Shown in pieces: positions 27,287 through 37,300 of a stretch of 64,000 nucleotides of DNA. Below the pieces are notes generated by a model that worked only from the letters and a program-made list of their open reading frames with translations, did not search any database and had not been told where the DNA came from. The DNA lies in NCBI GenBank assembly GCA_025999335.1, contig AP024681.1, forward strand, positions 395,547 to 459,546, given 5' to 3'. The position numbers and the translations under genes were made by a program. This DNA is from Candidatus Parcubacteria bacterium. Lineage in GTDB: Bacteria; Patescibacteriota; Minisyncoccia; UBA6257; HR35. How positions within the stretch are numbered: position 1 is the first letter of the stretch; each line of letters begins with the position of its first letter.

Positions 27287-29089
27287 ATGTCCGACTTAGA
27301 TAATTTACGACATTCTCTGGCGCATATTTTGGCAGCAGCCGTTTTAAAGATAGATCCTCAAGCGAAACTTGGCATTGGTCCAACAACTAAAGATGGGTTT
27401 TATTATGATTTTCTTTTAAGTAAAAAAATTAGCGAAGAATCTTTAGAAGAGATTGAGAAGATAATGAAAGATATTATTGCTCATAATTTAGATTTTATTC
27501 AAAATAAAGTGAGTTTTGAAAAAGCAAAGCAAATTTTTAAAGAGCAGAAATTTAAATTAGAACTTTTAAGTGATTTAAAAAAATACGGAACTACTGAATA
27601 TAAAGAAATCCAACTTATTAAAGCAAAAAAGAAAAAAGCTAAAAAGATAAATAAGGTTACAATTTATCGAACCGGAGATTTTATTGATCTTTGCCGCGGT
27701 GGTCATCTAAAAAATACTAAAGAAATAAATCCTAATGCTTTTAAACTTATAAAAATTGCTGGTGCTTATTGGCGTGGCGACGAAAAAAAACCAATGCTTC
27801 TGCGAATTTATGGAGTTGCTTTTACGACGGAAAAAGAATTAAATGATTATCTGCAAAAATTAGAAGAAGTTGAAAAATATAATCATCGTGTTTTGGGAGA
27901 AAAATTAAAAATTTTTATGATTAATGAAAATATCGGTAAAGGTTTGCCCTTGCTTTTACCTAAAGGAGAAACGATTAAAAATATTTTAATAAATTATATG
28001 AGAATAAAAGAAGAAAAGTATGGATATGTTTATGTTGATACTCCGCACATTGCTTCTTATAAACTTTACGAAAAAAGTGGACATCTCAAATATTATCAGA
28101 ACGATATGTTTAAAGTTTTAGATCCGGAAAAAGAAGAATTTTATTTAAAGCCTATGAATTGTCCTCATCATCATATGATTTATCAAGAATTGGTTAAAAG
28201 TTACCGTGATTTACCTTTAAGACTCGCCGAGGCAGGGTCTGTTTATCGTTATGAAAAATCAGGCGAAGTTTATGGTTTGATGCGAGTTCGTGGTCCAATT
28301 ACGCAAAACGACGCTCATATTTATACTAACGAAGAAGATTTCGAAAATGAATTTTTAAAAATTATTGATTTATTTTTAGAAGTTTATAAAGATATCGGCG
28401 CGATAACAAATTATTGGTTTCGTCTTTCTTTGCCTGATTTTTCCGGCAAGAATAAGGGAAAATACGGTGGCGATTTAAAACTTTGGCGATGGGCGAGTAA
28501 AAAAATTCTCGATGTTTGTAAAAAAAGAAAAATTAATTTAGTCGAAGGTTTGGGTGAAGCAGCCTTTTATGGTCCGAAATTTGATATTCAAATTAATAAT
28601 ATTTATGGCAAAGAAGAAACTTTAGCAACAATCCAGGTTGATATTTTAGTTCCCAAAAGAATGGGACTTACTTATATTGATAAGAACGGCAAAGAAAAAA
28701 GTCCTATTATTATCCATCGAGCTATTTTAGGATCTTACGAAAGATTTATTGGCTTTTTACTTGAAGCAACTCGAGGCGATTTGCCTCTGTGGCTAGCGCC
28801 TATTCAGTTCGTTGTTTTACCTGTTAGCGATAAAAGTATTGATTATAGTTTAAAAGTTTTTAATCTTTTAAGAGAAAAATTTAGAGGCGTTCTTTGGAAT
28901 GAAGATACATTAAATAAACGCATTTTAAAAGCTGAAGACGAGAAAATTCCGGTAATGGTGATAATAGGAGAGAAAGAAGCGAAAAATAATTCTGTTTCTT
29001 TGCGCTTTAGAAAAGAAGGCAATTATGGCGAAAAGGATATTAATTTTCTTTTAACGCTCTTCAATGAAAAAGGCGTTATCCCTCTTTAA
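27287..29089 (+). CDS. thrS: threonyl-tRNA synthetase, no N-terminal TGS domain
   Basis: 600 aa. Begins at the N2/editing domain (HSLAHILAAAV...CRGGHL), then class II motifs (…FYLKPMNCPHHHMIY…, …GLMRVRGPITQNDAHIY…) and the anticodon-binding domain. Confidence 0.9.
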   Translation: MSDLDNLRHSLAHILAAAVLKIDPQAKLGIGPTTKDGFYYDFLLSKKISEESLEEIEKIMKDIIAHNLDFIQNKVSFEKAKQIFKEQKFKLELLSDLKKYGTTEYKEIQLIKAKKKKAKKINKVTIYRTGDFIDLCRGGHLKNTKEINPNAFKLIKIAGAYWRGDEKKPMLLRIYGVAFTTEKELNDYLQKLEEVEKYNHRVLGEKLKIFMINENIGKGLPLLLPKGETIKNILINYMRIKEEKYGYVYVDTPHIASYKLYEKSGHLKYYQNDMFKVLDPEKEEFYLKPMNCPHHHMIYQELVKSYRDLPLRLAEAGSVYRYEKSGEVYGLMRVRGPITQNDAHIYTNEEDFENEFLKIIDLFLEVYKDIGAITNYWFRLSLPDFSGKNKGKYGGDLKLWRWASKKILDVCKKRKINLVEGLGEAAFYGPKFDIQINNIYGKEETLATIQVDILVPKRMGLTYIDKNGKEKSPIIIHRAILGSYERFIGFLLEATRGDLPLWLAPIQFVVLPVSDKSIDYSLKVFNLLREKFRGVLWNEDTLNKRILKAEDEKIPVMVIIGEKEAKNNSVSLRFRKEGNYGEKDINFLLTLFNEKGVIPL

Positions 29090-30341
29090 GTTTTTTTTGA
29101 TTGTTTTAGATTCTTTGTTATTTTTCTTTTCACTATTTATAGTTTTATTTTTTCGTGTTAAATCCATTGATCGTTTAATAATTAGTATTAACGAACATTT
29201 TATAGCTTTTTTATTTTTATTACCTATTTATTTAATACTGATTTTTGCTTTTAGCTTGTATAATTTTTATCTTTTAAATATCAAAAAAATTTTTATTAGA
29301 ACTGCCTATGTTTTATTGGTTGGCTTGCTTGCCTCGTCATTGTATTTTTATTTCACTCAGTTATTTTTTGGCATATCGCCAAGAACTAATTTAATTCTTT
29401 TCGCAATAGTATTTTTTTGGTTATTATTTTTTAGTCGTTTTTTAGTTATTAAATTTTCTTATCGTGGCAAATTGCCTTTATATTTTTTAGGCTCAGAAAC
29501 ATTAAGAAACAAATTAAAAAATGATTTAAAAGATAATCATTTTTTTGAGTTTAAAGATTTGCAGGATATAGAAAAAATTCCTCCAGGGAGTATTTTGGTT
29601 ATTGATTCTAATTATCGTGTTAATGATGATATTTTATTGCAAAAAATACTATCTAAAAATTTAAGCGTTTTTGACTACATTGATTTTTATGAAAAATTTT
29701 TTGAAAGAATTCCGTTAGAAGCTATTAATGTTGACTGGATTGTTAAAGAGATTTTTGCCGGTGAAAATAAGGCATATTTTTATCTTAAAAGAATTTTCGA
29801 TATCGTTTTAGCTATTTTTTGTTTAGTGTTTATTTTTTTGCCTTTATTGCCTTTTATAGCTATCGCTATTTATATTAATTCTCCGGGTCCTATTTTTTTT
29901 ATTAACAGTCGCGTTGGTTATCGGGGTAAAGTTTTCAATCTTATAAAATTTAGAACAATGACAGGCGTGCAGCGTCAGGAAAGTTGGGCGGTAGGGAAAG
30001 AAGAAAAAAGGATTTTTTTTGTTGGTAAAATTTTGCGTAAAACTCATTTAGACGAATTGCCACAATTAATAAATATTCTAAAAGGTGATATTTCTTTTGT
30101 TGGTCCTAGGCCAGAGCAACCACAGATAGTTGCTGATATGATTAAACTCATACCTTTTTATGATTTAAGACATTTAACTATGCCTGGTTTAACTGGTTGG
30201 GCTCAAGTTAATTATAAATATCCTGAAAATGTTGAAGAAACAAAAATAAAGCTAGAAAACGATTTATATTATTTAAAAAATAATAACCTTTTTTTAGATA
30301 TTATTGTCATCATTAAGACCTTGCAAAATTTTATTTTTTAA
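29064..30341 (+). CDS. polyprenyl-phosphate sugar phosphotransferase (bacterial sugar transferase, WbaP/EPS type)
   Basis: 425 aa. N-terminal transmembrane helices. C-terminal ...PGPIFFINSRVGYRGKVFNLIKFRTM...DELPQLINILKGDISFVGPRPE... Confidence 0.75.
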   Translation: MKKALSLFKFFLIVLDSLLFFFSLFIVLFFRVKSIDRLIISINEHFIAFLFLLPIYLILIFAFSLYNFYLLNIKKIFIRTAYVLLVGLLASSLYFYFTQLFFGISPRTNLILFAIVFFWLLFFSRFLVIKFSYRGKLPLYFLGSETLRNKLKNDLKDNHFFEFKDLQDIEKIPPGSILVIDSNYRVNDDILLQKILSKNLSVFDYIDFYEKFFERIPLEAINVDWIVKEIFAGENKAYFYLKRIFDIVLAIFCLVFIFLPLLPFIAIAIYINSPGPIFFINSRVGYRGKVFNLIKFRTMTGVQRQESWAVGKEEKRIFFVGKILRKTHLDELPQLINILKGDISFVGPRPEQPQIVADMIKLIPFYDLRHLTMPGLTGWAQVNYKYPENVEETKIKLENDLYYLKNNNLFLDIIVIIKTLQNFIF

Positions 30342-30352
30342 ATAATACTATA

Positions 30353-30380
30353 TTGACTTTTTAAAAAATTATGTTAAAAT
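30353..30380 (+). promoter_or_regulatory. sigma70-like promoter with extended -10, upstream of tuf
   Basis: TTGACT at 30353-30358, 16-nt spacer, TGtTAAAAT (TG at 30372-30373, -10 at 30375-30380). Confidence 0.45.
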
Positions 30381-30428
30381 TTAATTTTAATTTGAGGGTC
30401 GTTTTATTTTTTACTAAAAACTTTTAAA

Positions 30429-31625
30429 ATGGCAGAAAAATACGAAAGAAAAAAACCGCATATTAACGTAGGTACTATTGGTCACATTGATCATGGTAAA
30501 ACAACCTTAACAGCAGCTATTCAACATGTTTTAAAGTTAAAAGGTTTAGTCGAAAAAGCCTTGAGCTATGAAGAAATAGATAAAGCTCCTGAAGAAAAAG
30601 CTCGAGGTATTACTATTAATATTCATCACTGTGAGTACGAAACAGAGAAAAGGCACTATGCTCACATTGATGCTCCGGGCCATGTTGACTATATTAAAAA
30701 TATGATTATAGGGGCAGCGCAAATGGATGGCGCTATTTTAGTTGTTGCTGCTAATGACGGCGTAATGGCTCAAACAAGAGAACATATTCTGTTAGCTAAA
30801 CAAGTTAACGTGCCGGCAATTATAGTTTTTATTAACAAAGTTGATATGGTGCCTGACAAAGAATTAATTGATTTAGTTGAAGAAGATGTTAGAGCTGAAT
30901 TAAAGAAACATGGTTATCCCGGGGATGAAGTGCCGGTTATCCGCGGTTCAGCTTTAAAAGCTACAGAAGCTAAGTCTTTAGATGACGAATGGGCAAAAAG
31001 CATTATGCAACTTTTAGATGCTTTAGATAACTACATACCTGAACCAGTAAGAGAAGTTGATAAGCCATTTTTAATGCCTATTGAAGATGTTTTTTCTATT
31101 GAAGGTCGAGGAACGGTTGCTACCGGTAGGGTTGAGCGAGGTCAGATTAAAGTTAATGACGAAGTAGAGATTATTGGTTTATCACACGAAACACGAAAAA
31201 CTGTTGTTACTGGCATTCAAATGTTCCATAAAGATATGGATGACGCTATTCCTGGCGATAATGTTGGTATTCTTTTAAGAGGTATTAAAAAAGAAGAAAT
31301 AGAAAGGGGAATGGTTTTAGCTAAACCAGGTTCAATTACTCCTCATACAGAATTTGAAGCTGAAGTTTATGTTTTGCGAGCTGAAGAAGGTGGAAGACAC
31401 ACTCCATTTCATACAGGTTACAAACCTCAATTTTATTTTCGAACTACCGACGTAACTGGAGAAATTACTTTAGCTGAAGGTATTGAAGCAGTAATGCCAG
31501 GTGATAATGCTAAAATGAATGTTAAATTAATTTATCCTATTGCTATGGAAGAAGGTTTACGTTTTGCAATCAGAGAAGGAGGTAGAACCGTTGGCGCTGG
31601 TGTTGTGACTAAAATTATTAAGTAG
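30429..31625 (+). CDS. tuf: elongation factor Tu
   Basis: 398 aa. [44 protein letters not shown]. Confidence 0.95.
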   Translation: MAEKYERKKPHINVGTIGHIDHGKTTLTAAIQHVLKLKGLVEKALSYEEIDKAPEEKARGITINIHHCEYETEKRHYAHIDAPGHVDYIKNMIIGAAQMDGAILVVAANDGVMAQTREHILLAKQVNVPAIIVFINKVDMVPDKELIDLVEEDVRAELKKHGYPGDEVPVIRGSALKATEAKSLDDEWAKSIMQLLDALDNYIPEPVREVDKPFLMPIEDVFSIEGRGTVATGRVERGQIKVNDEVEIIGLSHETRKTVVTGIQMFHKDMDDAIPGDNVGILLRGIKKEEIERGMVLAKPGSITPHTEFEAEVYVLRAEEGGRHTPFHTGYKPQFYFRTTDVTGEITLAEGIEAVMPGDNAKMNVKLIYPIAMEEGLRFAIREGGRTVGAGVVTKIIK

Positions 31626-31668
31626 AGATTGATTAAAAAGCAAATTTACTATTTTATCTTTTTAGCAA

Positions 31669-31995
31669 ATGAACGAAAAAACAAAAAATGAACAAATTGT
31701 TCGCTTAAGATTGAAATCTTATGATCATCGTTTGCTTGATAAATCATTGCGACAGATTGTTGATTTGTTAAGCAAGGAAGATATTGTTTTACGGGGTCCT
31801 GTGCCTTTGCCAACAGAAATAAAAAGATACACGGTCAATCGTTCACCGTTTATCTACAAAAAAAGTATGGAACAGTTTGAGTTGCGAGTGCATAAAAGAA
31901 TTCTTGATATTTTAAATCCTAGTCAAAGAATTATTGATTTATTTAATTCCATTGATTTACCAGCAGGAGTAGAAGTAGAAATAAAATTAGTTTAA
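31669..31995 (+). CDS. rpsJ: 30S ribosomal protein S10
   Basis: 108 aa. ...IRLRLKSYDHRLLDKS... and ...PLPTEIKRYTVNRSPFIYKKSMEQFELRVHKR... Confidence 0.9.
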   Translation: MNEKTKNEQIVRLRLKSYDHRLLDKSLRQIVDLLSKEDIVLRGPVPLPTEIKRYTVNRSPFIYKKSMEQFELRVHKRILDILNPSQRIIDLFNSIDLPAGVEVEIKLV

Positions 31996-32037
31996 TTTTT
32001 AAGTTAGGTTTCTAATTTTACATTTTAATTATATAAA

Positions 32038-32628
32038 ATGGCGTCCTTTAAATTTTTATTAGGCGAAAAAATAGGAATGACGCAGATTTTTGTTGACAAT
32101 AAAGTCGTGCCAGTAACAATAATTAAGGCTGGACCTTGTTTTATTACTAATTTAAGATTTAAAGATCGAGATGGTTATTCAGCTGTTCAAATAGGACTAA
32201 AAGATGAGAAAAAAAATAATAAGTTTAAAAAAATAAAAGAATTTCGTTTAATCAACGACCCTCAAGAAGTTAATATTGGCGAAGAAATTAAAGTAACTAA
32301 TTTTTCTCAAGGCGATATTGTTCAAGTAAGAGGCAAGAGAAAAGCCAAAGGTTTTAGTGGCGTTGTTAAAAGACATCATTTTCGTGGTGGTCCTCGCACT
32401 CATGGTCAAGAAAACAAAGAAAGAGCTCCCGGCTCAATCGGACAACGCTGGCCCCAACGAGTAAGAAAAGGACTTAAGATGGCTGGAAGAATTGCGCCTC
32501 TTAATGTAACAATTAAAAATTTAGAGATTGTTGGCATTGAACCCGAAGATCAATTGCTTATTTTAAAAGGTAGCGTTCCTGGTCCCAATAAATCAATTAT
32601 TGAAATCAAAGCTATCGATCAAAAATAA
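32038..32628 (+). CDS. rplC: 50S ribosomal protein L3
   Basis: 196 aa. ...LLGEKIGMTQIF... and ...GFSGVVKRHHFRGGPRTHGQ... Confidence 0.9.
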   Translation: MASFKFLLGEKIGMTQIFVDNKVVPVTIIKAGPCFITNLRFKDRDGYSAVQIGLKDEKKNNKFKKIKEFRLINDPQEVNIGEEIKVTNFSQGDIVQVRGKRKAKGFSGVVKRHHFRGGPRTHGQENKERAPGSIGQRWPQRVRKGLKMAGRIAPLNVTIKNLEIVGIEPEDQLLILKGSVPGPNKSIIEIKAIDQK

Positions 32629-32645
32629 ACAATTAATTACTAATT

Positions 32646-33353
32646 ATGAAACTAACCACTGATTTATTTAATTTTGAAGGCAAAAAGATAGGAGAAATTG
32701 ACTTGCCGTCAGAAATTTTTGGTGTAAAAGTTAACGATGTTGTTGTCCATCAAGTTGCGCGTTGGCAAAGTTTGAATACTTATTATCCTTACGCTCACAC
32801 TAAAGATCGTTCTGAGGTTAGAGGCGGCGGACGTAAACCTTGGCGTCAAAAAGGCACTGGTAGAGCAAGACATGGTTCTATTCGTTCGCCTATTTGGGTT
32901 GGCGGAGGAGTTGCTTTTGGACCTCGCAAGGATACGATTAAGCAAATAAAAATTAATAAGAAAATTAAAAACAAGGCGTTAGCAATGGTTTTAACTCAAA
33001 AGTTTAAAGATAATTTTTTAAAAATTATTGATAAGATTTCGATAGAAGATTTCAAAACAAAAAATTTTGATAAATTCTTTTCAAAATTTTTACAACCACG
33101 CAAAACTGTAAAAAAGAGAGAAACAGCTTTACTTGTTGTCGACGGCAATCATCAACAAATTTTTCGCTGTGTTCGTAATCTTCCTTATGCTGATGTTATT
33201 GAAGCAAGAAATTTAAATGTTTTGTCTTTATTGAATCATAAATATTTATTTTTAACAAAAGATTCTTTGAATGTTTTGCAAGAACGTTTATTAAAACAAA
33301 ATAACAAACAGCAGGCAGAAGAAGAAAATATTTATGCTCTTGCTCAATCTTAA
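32646..33353 (+). CDS. rplD: 50S ribosomal protein L4
   Basis: 235 aa. ...RGGGRKPWRQKGTGRARHGSIRSPIWVGGGVAFGP... Confidence 0.85.
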   Translation: MKLTTDLFNFEGKKIGEIDLPSEIFGVKVNDVVVHQVARWQSLNTYYPYAHTKDRSEVRGGGRKPWRQKGTGRARHGSIRSPIWVGGGVAFGPRKDTIKQIKINKKIKNKALAMVLTQKFKDNFLKIIDKISIEDFKTKNFDKFFSKFLQPRKTVKKRETALLVVDGNHQQIFRCVRNLPYADVIEARNLNVLSLLNHKYLFLTKDSLNVLQERLLKQNNKQQAEEENIYALAQS

Positions 33354-33380
33354 TTAAATTTTTAATATTTAAAATTTAAA

Positions 33381-33803
33381 ATGAAATTTAATTTTTTTAA
33401 AAAAATTTGGGGTAAGAAAGATAAAGATCAGGAAAAGCAGGCAACAACCAAAGATGTCGCTCAAGAATCTAAAAGCTCCGCTACGGAAATTACTGCGGAA
33501 GCTAAAGAGCCATTATTAGAATATAATGCTGGCGATTTAAAAATAATTCCTTTAATTACCGAAAAAACATCTAATTTAGCAGCTCGTTATAATCAATATA
33601 CTTTTATTGTCGATACCAATGTCAATAGACAAGAAGCTAAAAAAGCAATAGAAAAAATTTTTAAAGTTCAAGTTACTAAGGTAAGCATTGTTAATTATAA
33701 AGAAAGAATTCGTGGGGCAACAAGAATAAAAAGTCGGAGGAAAAGTTTTAAAAAAGTTATTGCCACTCTTAAACCCGGTCAAAAGATACCTCTTTTTGAA
33801 TAA
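33381..33803 (+). CDS. rplW: 50S ribosomal protein L23 with a Lys-rich N-terminal extension of about 45 aa
   Basis: ...LKIIPLITEKTSNLAARYNQYTFIVDTNVNRQEAKKAIEKIFKVQVTKVSIVNYKER... Confidence 0.85.
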   Translation: MKFNFFKKIWGKKDKDQEKQATTKDVAQESKSSATEITAEAKEPLLEYNAGDLKIIPLITEKTSNLAARYNQYTFIVDTNVNRQEAKKAIEKIFKVQVTKVSIVNYKERIRGATRIKSRRKSFKKVIATLKPGQKIPLFE

Positions 33804-33850
33804 ACTTTACAACTAATTAATATTCTCTTATTTTTCCACAAATCATTTCA

Positions 33851-33879
33851 TTGACTTTTGTTATTTTGTAGATTATAAT
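33851..33879 (+). promoter_or_regulatory. sigma70-like promoter at the start of the cassette inserted in the S10 operon
   Basis: TTGACT at 33851-33856, 17-nt spacer, TATAAT at 33874-33879. Lies 7 nt upstream of the ORF starting at 33886. Confidence 0.4.
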
Positions 33880-33885
33880 TTAAAT

Positions 33886-34347
33886 ATGCTTGGAAAAAGG
33901 CATTTATTGTATGTTTTTATAGTTTTAGCAATGATTGTTGTTGTTGGCGGAGTGTTTTATTTTTTAGAATTAGAACGAAAAAAAGCAAGAGAAGCTCCGC
34001 CAATGCCCACAACGACATCGCCAACAATTTCTGTGCCGACAACAACTATAGAACAATATAAGTTAAAGACTGAGCAAATAGAGACGCTTCAATCTTTAAG
34101 AGAAGAACATTTAAAGCAAAAAGAAGAAACACTGAAAGGTTTAACGCCGCAGCAACGAGCAAAAGTTGAAATTCAAGAAAAGCAAGAGCAACATAACGCT
34201 TTACAAAAAAAGAGAGAAGAATTTCTTAAGAAAGAAGCTGCGCGTAATAAAGGTAAAACAACTAAACAAATTGCTCAAGAATCATTTCAAGAAAAACAAC
34301 GACAATATAATGAATTACAAAATTTACGAAATTTACTTGGTCAATGA
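33886..34347 (+). CDS. membrane-anchored coiled-coil protein (hypothetical)
   Basis: 153 aa. Transmembrane helix LLYVFIVLAMIVVVGGVFYF, Pro/Thr linker, then charged heptad-like K/E/Q-rich region. Confidence 0.4.
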   Translation: MLGKRHLLYVFIVLAMIVVVGGVFYFLELERKKAREAPPMPTTTSPTISVPTTTIEQYKLKTEQIETLQSLREEHLKQKEETLKGLTPQQRAKVEIQEKQEQHNALQKKREEFLKKEAARNKGKTTKQIAQESFQEKQRQYNELQNLRNLLGQ

Positions 34348-34390
34348 TTTTTTAGGTCATCATAATTAAATTTTATATATGGTTTCATAA

Positions 34391-37300
34391 ATGAGAAGTT
34401 TCTTTGAAAAAAAGTTAGCACTTTTGAGGTCGGCAGCTTTACTCTCTATTTTTGTTTTTTCTATAATCGGTATTAGTTACGCGTGGCAAAATCCTACAGT
34501 GTCTCCTCCTGGTGGTAACGTCGATGCTCCGGTAAATACCGGCACAAGCACTCAATATAAAGCAGGTGCGTTAGGTATTGGCGGTGTGTTTAATGCTTAT
34601 AACGATGCTTATTTTGGAATAACAACTGGAAGTGACACCACTACAGCTCCTAACGTTTCTATTACAGGTAATACGGTTGGGAGTGGTTATGAGTATAATC
34701 GTGATAAGAATTTTGTGCATTTGCAAACCGGTTCGATGCAAATAGATTCTCAATGTAGTTGCGATATTAGTACAACTGTTGCAGATTGTCCAGATTCTGT
34801 TTTTTATTCACCAGCAAATTTAGGCGATATATGTTTTGATTATTATAAAACGACAACGATATCAGGAGGAGCTTCTGTCATACAATATGGAAGATTTAAA
34901 TACGATCGTTCTGCTAATAAGGGATTATTAGGAGGCGCTCTTCAAGTGTACAATAAAGTGCTAATAGGGTCTTCTAAAAATCCTTCTTCCCATGTTCCTG
35001 GTATAGAATTTATAAAAACTTTTCAAAATACACCAGGAGAATCCAATCGATCTTTAGGATATTTTATATCGCTAATAAAAGAAGGTTTAGGTTTTTTCAC
35101 AAATAATAACACAACAACACCATCGGTTTTCTTCTCTCAAGATGGAACTCTAAGCATCAACACAACGACAGATAAGTCTATGTTAACTATCTGGGGTAAT
35201 GATAGAAATAATCTTTTAAGCATATTCGCTACTCCTTCTTATCCGTTTGTGTTTGTTGAAAACAGAAACGGTGATGGAGTTATGACTATTGGTAATACTA
35301 AATACATAAATTATATTCCTCTGTCATCTGGCTTGAATGTTATCGGCGATAATATTATTTTATCTAACTATAAATATCCTTCCGGCGGTGTCGGAGTAAT
35401 TTCAAAAAACGTTTTTGCTCATGCGACAAGAGATTATTTTTCAGATGTATCTCAGTACAATAATATAAAGAATCGTACGGGAGTAGGTTTTAGATGCGAT
35501 AGCAATGATGATATTAACATAGATCAGAAAAACTATTATAATGGCAGAGATGCCGATCCTAATTATAGCGTTGGTTCTGTATGTTATGATTTGTTTACTG
35601 AACAAGTATCTGGAGCTACTCTTTATGGTTTTAACGAATTTAAAGTTATAACCACTCAGGTTCCTTCCGGTCCTGTAGTTTGGCAGTACGAAGGTTTACC
35701 AAGTATTAATTTTATTGATTGGCGAAAATCATTATCTTCATTTTCATTATTTAACATAGGGGGTATTTTTAGAATTCAAGGTGGAACATCTACTATTTTA
35801 AGTATAGATGCAGAAAATAAAAATGTTGGCATAAATACTATTAGCATACCTACTACTGCTGCTTTATATGTTGTTGGCAATATTAAAGCAACTGGCGATG
35901 TTTGTGATGGAAATAGGTGTTTGAAAGATATTACTGGTGGTGGCGGTCCATCGTATTGGCATCTTAATGGCACTAATTTATATCCTACTGACATCAATTA
36001 TAAAGTTGGCATCGGCACAACCTCTCCTAATGCAATGTTAAGTATTAAAGGTACATCAACGAATAATTTATTCAGTATTTATACCTCTTCTTCTAACCCA
36101 GCTTTGTTTGTTGATAGTAGTGGTAAAATTGGCATAGGGACAACTACTCCTAATTATGTTGTTGATATTATTGGATTGAATTCCGTAGGCAGTTTAAGAT
36201 TAAGACATACATCTACCAATAGACATCTTTTATTAGGAGGCGATTGGCCATATATTGAAAGTGAGAATGCTGGAATTTTTATTAATTGGCACAATAATCA
36301 GCCAATATATATAAGACGAAACACTTTGTTTGTCGAGACAAATAAAGTTGGCATCGGCACAACTTCTCCTACTTCAATGTTAACTATTAGGGGTACATCA
36401 ACGAATAATTTATTCAGTATTTATACCTCTTCTTCTAACCCAGCTTTGTTTGTTGATAGTAGTGGTAAATCATTTTTTAAGATATTGCCATCTATATTTA
36501 ATGGCGATGATGCTAGTGTCGTTATTAGCAATAAAGCAACAATTTTTATTACCAATACTTCTAGCAATGGTTTAATCTTACAAAATACTTCTACTAGTTT
36601 TTATTTATTAACTCGTTCAGGAATGTGGACAAATGCAAATAGCAGTGACCCAGATACTTGCAGCGGGAATGATAGAGAGAATATTTTTAAAGAATGTTCA
36701 CAAGTTATTAATAGTTGTGTTGATGTAGCTAAGTTTGTAAATATAGATGAAAGTGGGGCTACTACTGAAGAATATTTAAAAAGTACTGTCACTTGTAGGC
36801 TAGTTAACGATCCTAATTCTAGATATCAATTTTCTGTTAACAAAGATAGTTTAGTTATTTCTTATGCTTCGTCTTCAAATAATAATTTATTATATATATT
36901 TAATAATGGTTCGGTTAGTTTAGGTGATAAAATTTATACCGATAGCATTCATTCACTTTATTATCGTGGTTCCTCAACTAGATCGTTTGAAGCAGATACT
37001 TTAATTGCGCGTAAAAGTATATTTGCTCTTAATGGTTATGTAGTAGCAAAAAAACTTTGTTTCGGTTTGGGAAATTGTCTAAGTGATTGGCCTAGTGGTG
37101 GGTCAGCATCTTATTGGAACGGAAGGAATGATCCGGATTATATTTATCCTATCGCCACTAGTTATAAAGTTGGCATTGGAACAACTTCGCCTGATGCGAT
37201 GTTAACTATCCGAGGCAATACCTCGTCTTCTCATTTACTCAGAGTTTATTCTGTTACAAGCACTATTCCTGCTTTGTTTATAAACAATAATAGTAACGTC

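Noticed and set aside
30429-31625. Possibility of an alternative genetic code (UGA=Gly, code 25) given the CPR-like features
   Set aside because: Conserved genes (tuf, rpoB, rpoC, ribosomal proteins) are uninterrupted by in-frame TGA, and several genes (e.g. the trpS fragment) terminate with TGA. This is consistent with standard code 11.
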